Shown in pieces: positions 54,614 through 57,838 of a DNA stretch of 57,838 bases (within the stretch, counting starts at the first letter, position 1; each line of letters begins with the position of its first letter). Both the position numbers and the translations under genes were made by a program. Where the stretch lies: NCBI GenBank assembly GCA_036786805.1, contig DAIQQM010000001.1:1-57838 (forward strand). The letters are read 5' to 3'. Below the pieces are notes generated by a model, which did not search any database, had not been told where the DNA came from, and saw only the letters and a list, made by a program, of their open reading frames with translations. This DNA comes from Candidatus Dormiibacterota bacterium. Lineage in GTDB: Bacteria; Chloroflexota; Dormibacteria; Aeolococcales; Aeolococcaceae.

Positions 54614-54687
54614 GAAGATGATCCTAGCGAGGTTGAGAGGGTCCTTGGATTTGCCCCGGTTCTAGAGGGGGTAGTTCCAATGGGCGA

Positions 54688-54717
54688 TTGACAACCAGTC
54701 ATGCCCGAGTGTACACA
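54688..54717 (+). promoter_or_regulatory. Candidate sigma-70-type promoter upstream of livJ
   Basis: TTGACA (54688-54693), an 18-nt spacer, then TACACA (54712-54717). Lies in a lower-GC 150-nt intergenic region. GAGAGAGGAG ribosome-binding site at 54746-54755. Confidence 0.3.
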
Positions 54718-54764
54718 GGGTCCCTCACCAGCACTTGCCTCGCAGAGAGAGGAGAACCCAGCAC

Positions 54765-56126
54765 ATGGTCAAGCCCACCAAAGGGGTTTTGTCGATCGCA
54801 TCAATCGCCGCATTAGGGGTGCTCGCGGCCTGTGGCACCTCGTCGACCACCACGTCGTCGTCAGCTGGTGCGACCGGGATCGCCGCGTGCCACGGCACGA
54901 TCACCGTCGCCACGGACCTGCCACTGACGGGCGGCGACGCGACTGACGGACCGTTCCCGCAGCTTGCGGCCGAACTCGCCGTGAACCAGGCGATCGCGGC
55001 CAAGCTCATGGGCGGCTGCACACTGAAGTACATCAGCAAGGACGACTCGACGGTCCTCAAGAACGGGCATGACCCGGCACAGGGTGCGGCGAACATCACC
55101 GCGCTGGCGTCGGACGGCACCGTCATGGGAGTGGTCGGGCCATTCAACTCGTCGGTCGCACTGGCCGAGATCCCGGTGGCATCCCAGAACCACCTGGCCG
55201 TGATCAGCCCGTCGAACACCAACCCCTGCCTCACCGCAGTGGTGGCGGTCTGCAGCGATCCGACCATCAAGATCGACACGTCGGCGCTGTACCCCGGCGC
55301 GCACACCTACTTCCGGGTCATCGCCAGCGACATCCAGCAGGGCGAGATCGATGCCTACGTCGCGGCCAAGGTTCTCAACGCGACCAAGGTGTATGTCATC
55401 GACGACCAGGAGGCGTACGGCCGCGGCCTTGCGCTCATCTTCACCAAGGCGTACACCACGACTGAGGGCGGCACCGTTGTCGGGTCTGCGAGCCTTCCTG
55501 GCTCCACCACCACGTTTGCCACTCAGATCAGCAACGCTCAGGCCGATCACGCCCAGGCCATCTTCTTCGGCGGCACCAGCGGTAACGGCTGCGGTCTGGT
55601 TCGTCGTGACATGGGCAAGGCGGGCTTCAACGTCCCGCTCCTCGGAGGCGACGGCTGCCAGGACACGAAGTTCATCACCGATGCGGACTCAGGCGCCAAC
55701 ACGACCGAGTCCGTGGGCAGTTACGCAACCAGCGCCCCTGACGTCACGAAGCTCGCCAGCTCGGCGACCTTCTTCTCCCAGTACGCGGCGGCCTACGCGA
55801 GCAAGCCCGCGCCCTACAACGACGGCACCAAAGAGCCCTACACCGCGTACGGCTACGACGCGATGAACATCCTGCTGCAGGCAATTCATTCGGTGCTCGT
55901 CAACAACGGCGGCCAGCCGCCGTCCAGCACCATGGCCTTCCGGGACGCCGTGGTCGCCGCGCTGCGCCAGACGTCGTATGACGGCGCGCTCGGTCACACG
56001 AGCTTCGACGCCAACGGGGACACGACCAACACCGGTTTCACCCTCTACAAGGTTTCGGGGGGCAACTGGGTGGGTGACGGCACCTACGCGGTTGATACCA
56101 GCGGCAACGTGACCTTGAAGAGCTGA
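54765..56126 (+). CDS. livJ: Branched-chain amino acid ABC transporter substrate-binding lipoprotein
   Basis: MVKPTKGVLSIASIAALGVLAACG lipobox. Type 1 periplasmic binding protein fold pattern (VVGPFNSSVA...). ATG 54765 lies behind a strong ribosome-binding site. Confidence 0.88.
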   Translation: MVKPTKGVLSIASIAALGVLAACGTSSTTTSSSAGATGIAACHGTITVATDLPLTGGDATDGPFPQLAAELAVNQAIAAKLMGGCTLKYISKDDSTVLKNGHDPAQGAANITALASDGTVMGVVGPFNSSVALAEIPVASQNHLAVISPSNTNPCLTAVVAVCSDPTIKIDTSALYPGAHTYFRVIASDIQQGEIDAYVAAKVLNATKVYVIDDQEAYGRGLALIFTKAYTTTEGGTVVGSASLPGSTTTFATQISNAQADHAQAIFFGGTSGNGCGLVRRDMGKAGFNVPLLGGDGCQDTKFITDADSGANTTESVGSYATSAPDVTKLASSATFFSQYAAAYASKPAPYNDGTKEPYTAYGYDAMNILLQAIHSVLVNNGGQPPSSTMAFRDAVVAALRQTSYDGALGHTSFDANGDTTNTGFTLYKVSGGNWVGDGTYAVDTSGNVTLKS

Positions 56127-56146
56127 TCGACGACATGTAACGATCA

Positions 56147-56186
56147 GGGGGAGAGCGCCGAGCGCTCTCCCCCTTTTCGTGTTTTT
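56147..56186 (+). terminator. Rho-independent terminator/attenuator between livJ and livH
   Basis: Perfect 12-bp stem GGGGGAGAGCGC / GCGCTCTCCCCC (56147-56158 and 56162-56173), 3-nt loop, followed by TTTTCGTGTTTTT. Confidence 0.8.
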
Positions 56187-56203
56187 CGTGCCGGGGGACA
56201 GAG

Positions 56204-57376
56204 ATGAGCGACCCAAGCGGGACACCTGACGCACGTCTGACGCCACCGGCTCGTGGTGCCACCGGGCGACCTGTGACCTCGACCCTTGTGGATCAGGTGG
56301 GACTGGCACCGCGTTCGATCGAAGCGGGCGATTTCGCACGAGCAATCGGGCCGTTGTTCCGTGGCGCCTATGGATGGATCTCCCGGAATTTCGCGCTGCT
56401 GCTGCTGCTCGTGATGGCGTCGTCGATCGTGGGAACGTACTTCCAGGGCGGCGCAACGCTCATGGGTCATCAGATCGACAATGCGCTCGTCCTGGGAGCG
56501 ATCTACGCGCTCGTCGCTGTTGGTTACACGATGGTGTACGGCATCATCGAGCTGATCAACTTCGCTCACGGCGATGTGTTCACCGTGTCCGGGTTCTACG
56601 CGATCTTCATCGCCGACAGGTTGCACCTCGATTCGCTGGCGACCCATAACTTCGGGGGTCTGCTGCTGGCCCTGGCCATCATCTTTCCGCTGTCCATGAT
56701 CGCGGCCGGGTTGACCGGGGTGGCGATCGAGTTCGTTGCCTACCGGCGGCTTCGTGACGCGCCCAGGCTTGCTCCGCTGATCACGGCGATCGGCGTCTCC
56801 TTCCTCATCGAGGGCGTCATGCTGATCCGCGAAGGCCCGGACAATGTTCCGACACACATGGCGTCGTGGATCAATGGTCAGGCATTCGCGATCGGTGGGG
56901 TCAGTGTCGGCTACACGGATATCTTCGTGGTGGGCTCAGCACTGCTGCTCATGTTCGCGCTCGGCGCCTTCGTGCGACGCACACGACTCGGGAAGGCGAT
57001 GCGCTCCACCGCGCAGGACCGCACGGCGGCATTGCTCTGCGGCATCAACATCAATCGCACGATCTCGGCGACTTTCTTCATCGGCTCCGCGCTTGCCGCG
57101 GCTGCCGCGGTGATCTACAGCATCGAGTACGGCGACCTCAAATGGAACGTCGGCTTTCACCTCGGCATCATCGCGTTCACCGCGGCGGTGCTCGGCGGCA
57201 TCGGCAACATCGTCGGCGCCGGCGTGGGCGGTTTCCTCATCGGCATCATCTACGTCTTCGGCGGGTCGCTCCTCGGCGGAGAATGGAGCGAGGCGCTGAT
57301 CTTCGCGATCCTCGTCCTCATCCTGACCTTCCGCCCGGTCGGGCTCTTCGGGATCGAGGTGACCACTCGTGCCTGA
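56204..57376 (+). CDS. livH: Branched-chain amino acid ABC transporter permease with an N-terminal extension
   Basis: LGAIYALVAVGYTMVYGIIELINFAHGDVF is the canonical LivH N-terminal block, but it begins about 85 aa into the ORF. An alternative ATG at 56414 has no ribosome-binding site. Confidence 0.88.
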   Translation: MSDPSGTPDARLTPPARGATGRPVTSTLVDQVGLAPRSIEAGDFARAIGPLFRGAYGWISRNFALLLLLVMASSIVGTYFQGGATLMGHQIDNALVLGAIYALVAVGYTMVYGIIELINFAHGDVFTVSGFYAIFIADRLHLDSLATHNFGGLLLALAIIFPLSMIAAGLTGVAIEFVAYRRLRDAPRLAPLITAIGVSFLIEGVMLIREGPDNVPTHMASWINGQAFAIGGVSVGYTDIFVVGSALLLMFALGAFVRRTRLGKAMRSTAQDRTAALLCGININRTISATFFIGSALAAAAAVIYSIEYGDLKWNVGFHLGIIAFTAAVLGGIGNIVGAGVGGFLIGIIYVFGGSLLGGEWSEALIFAILVLILTFRPVGLFGIEVTTRA

Positions 57377-57838
57377 CCGTCTCAGGTCCTTCTTGCGGTC
57401 CGATCCCGGCATTGGGCAGCGGAACCAGGGCACGACCGTGTTCTGGATCCTCGCCTCGACTGCTTCAGCCCTGCTCCTCATGGGCTGGCTGCTGCCCTGG
57501 TTCGTGGGCCCCTTCGATGCGGGGGTGGGCTTCAGCGCACAGGACGCGGTCGTATCGCCTCCGACGGGGATCGGCACCATCCTCATGTACATCCTCGGCG
57601 TCTGCATGCTAATCCTGCTGCTCTCGCCGCTTGCGGAACTCACCGCTCGTCTGAGAGGAACGAGTCTCGGCCACCGTGCGGATCGGATTCGACTTGCTGC
57701 CGGGCTCGTGGGACTGGCCCTCACCGCCGTGGTGTGGTTCCTCTACAGCGTCCTTCAGGAGGAGCCGTTGTTCGGATCCTTTACTCCCGGCACATTCACC
57801 GACTCCGCGGTGTGGCTGACCATGTACGGGTTCGCGCT
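57369..57838 (+). CDS. livM: Probable second ABC permease (LivM-like), N-terminal part only; runs off the window
   Basis: Frame is open from GTG 57369 (8-nt overlap with the livH 3' end) to the window end. Hydrophobic helices (LLMGWLLPWFVGPF, ILMYILGVCMLILLL, AAGLVGLALTAVVWFLY). Position after livH fits. Confidence 0.65.
   Translation, partial: MPDRLRSFLRSDPGIGQRNQGTTVFWILASTASALLLMGWLLPWFVGPFDAGVGFSAQDAVVSPPTGIGTILMYILGVCMLILLLSPLAELTARLRGTSLGHRADRIRLAAGLVGLALTAVVWFLYSVLQEEPLFGSFTPGTFTDSAVWLTMYGFA

Overview
Very GC-rich window (third codon positions are overwhelmingly G/C), consistent with an Actinobacteriota-like chromosome. It is densely coding and is mostly core metabolism rather than an accessory island. 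From left to right it contains:

- A form I aerobic CO dehydrogenase operon, coxM-S-L. coxL runs off the left edge.
- A nearly complete molybdenum-cofactor gene set: moeA-moaA-moaD/E fusion-moaC, then moaB-fdhD and mobA.
- An orphan flp pilin gene.
- A CBS-pair/citrate-synthase fusion.
- An aromatic-amino-acid decarboxylase, an unknown 389-aa protein and a glutamate decarboxylase, tightly packed on one strand.
- A HemK-like methyltransferase and a K-channel-like membrane protein.
- A divergent MocR regulator / EamA exporter pair.
- kynA-kynU packed directly behind an ATP-dependent DNA ligase.
- tRNA-Arg(ACG).
- A long pentose-phosphate/glycogen array: tkt, tal-pgi fusion, gnd, zwf, pgl, rpe, glgP.
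- A membrane-anchored Hanks-type pseudokinase.
- Transsulfuration genes, a DEAD-box helicase and aceE.
- An eight-gene co-directional train: membrane protein, class III aminotransferase, aldehyde dehydrogenase, alpha/beta hydrolase, GNAT, MFS, PPIase lipoprotein, 2H phosphoesterase.
- The start of a liv-type branched-chain amino-acid ABC transporter.

Many neighbouring genes overlap by 4 nt (ATGA/GTGA), which suggests translational coupling. I found no CRISPR array, transposase, integrase, phage genes or recognisable defence system, and I cannot point to a clearly novel multi-gene system.

The best leads are:

1. The unknown protein wedged between the two PLP decarboxylases.
2. An atypical-codon ORF with an EF-Tu domain III-like N-terminus, inserted antisense in the Moco locus.
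3. The degenerate kinase.
4. A possible Moco riboswitch.
5. An alpha/beta hydrolase with Cys at the nucleophile elbow.

All functional calls come from reading motifs by eye. No database search was run.
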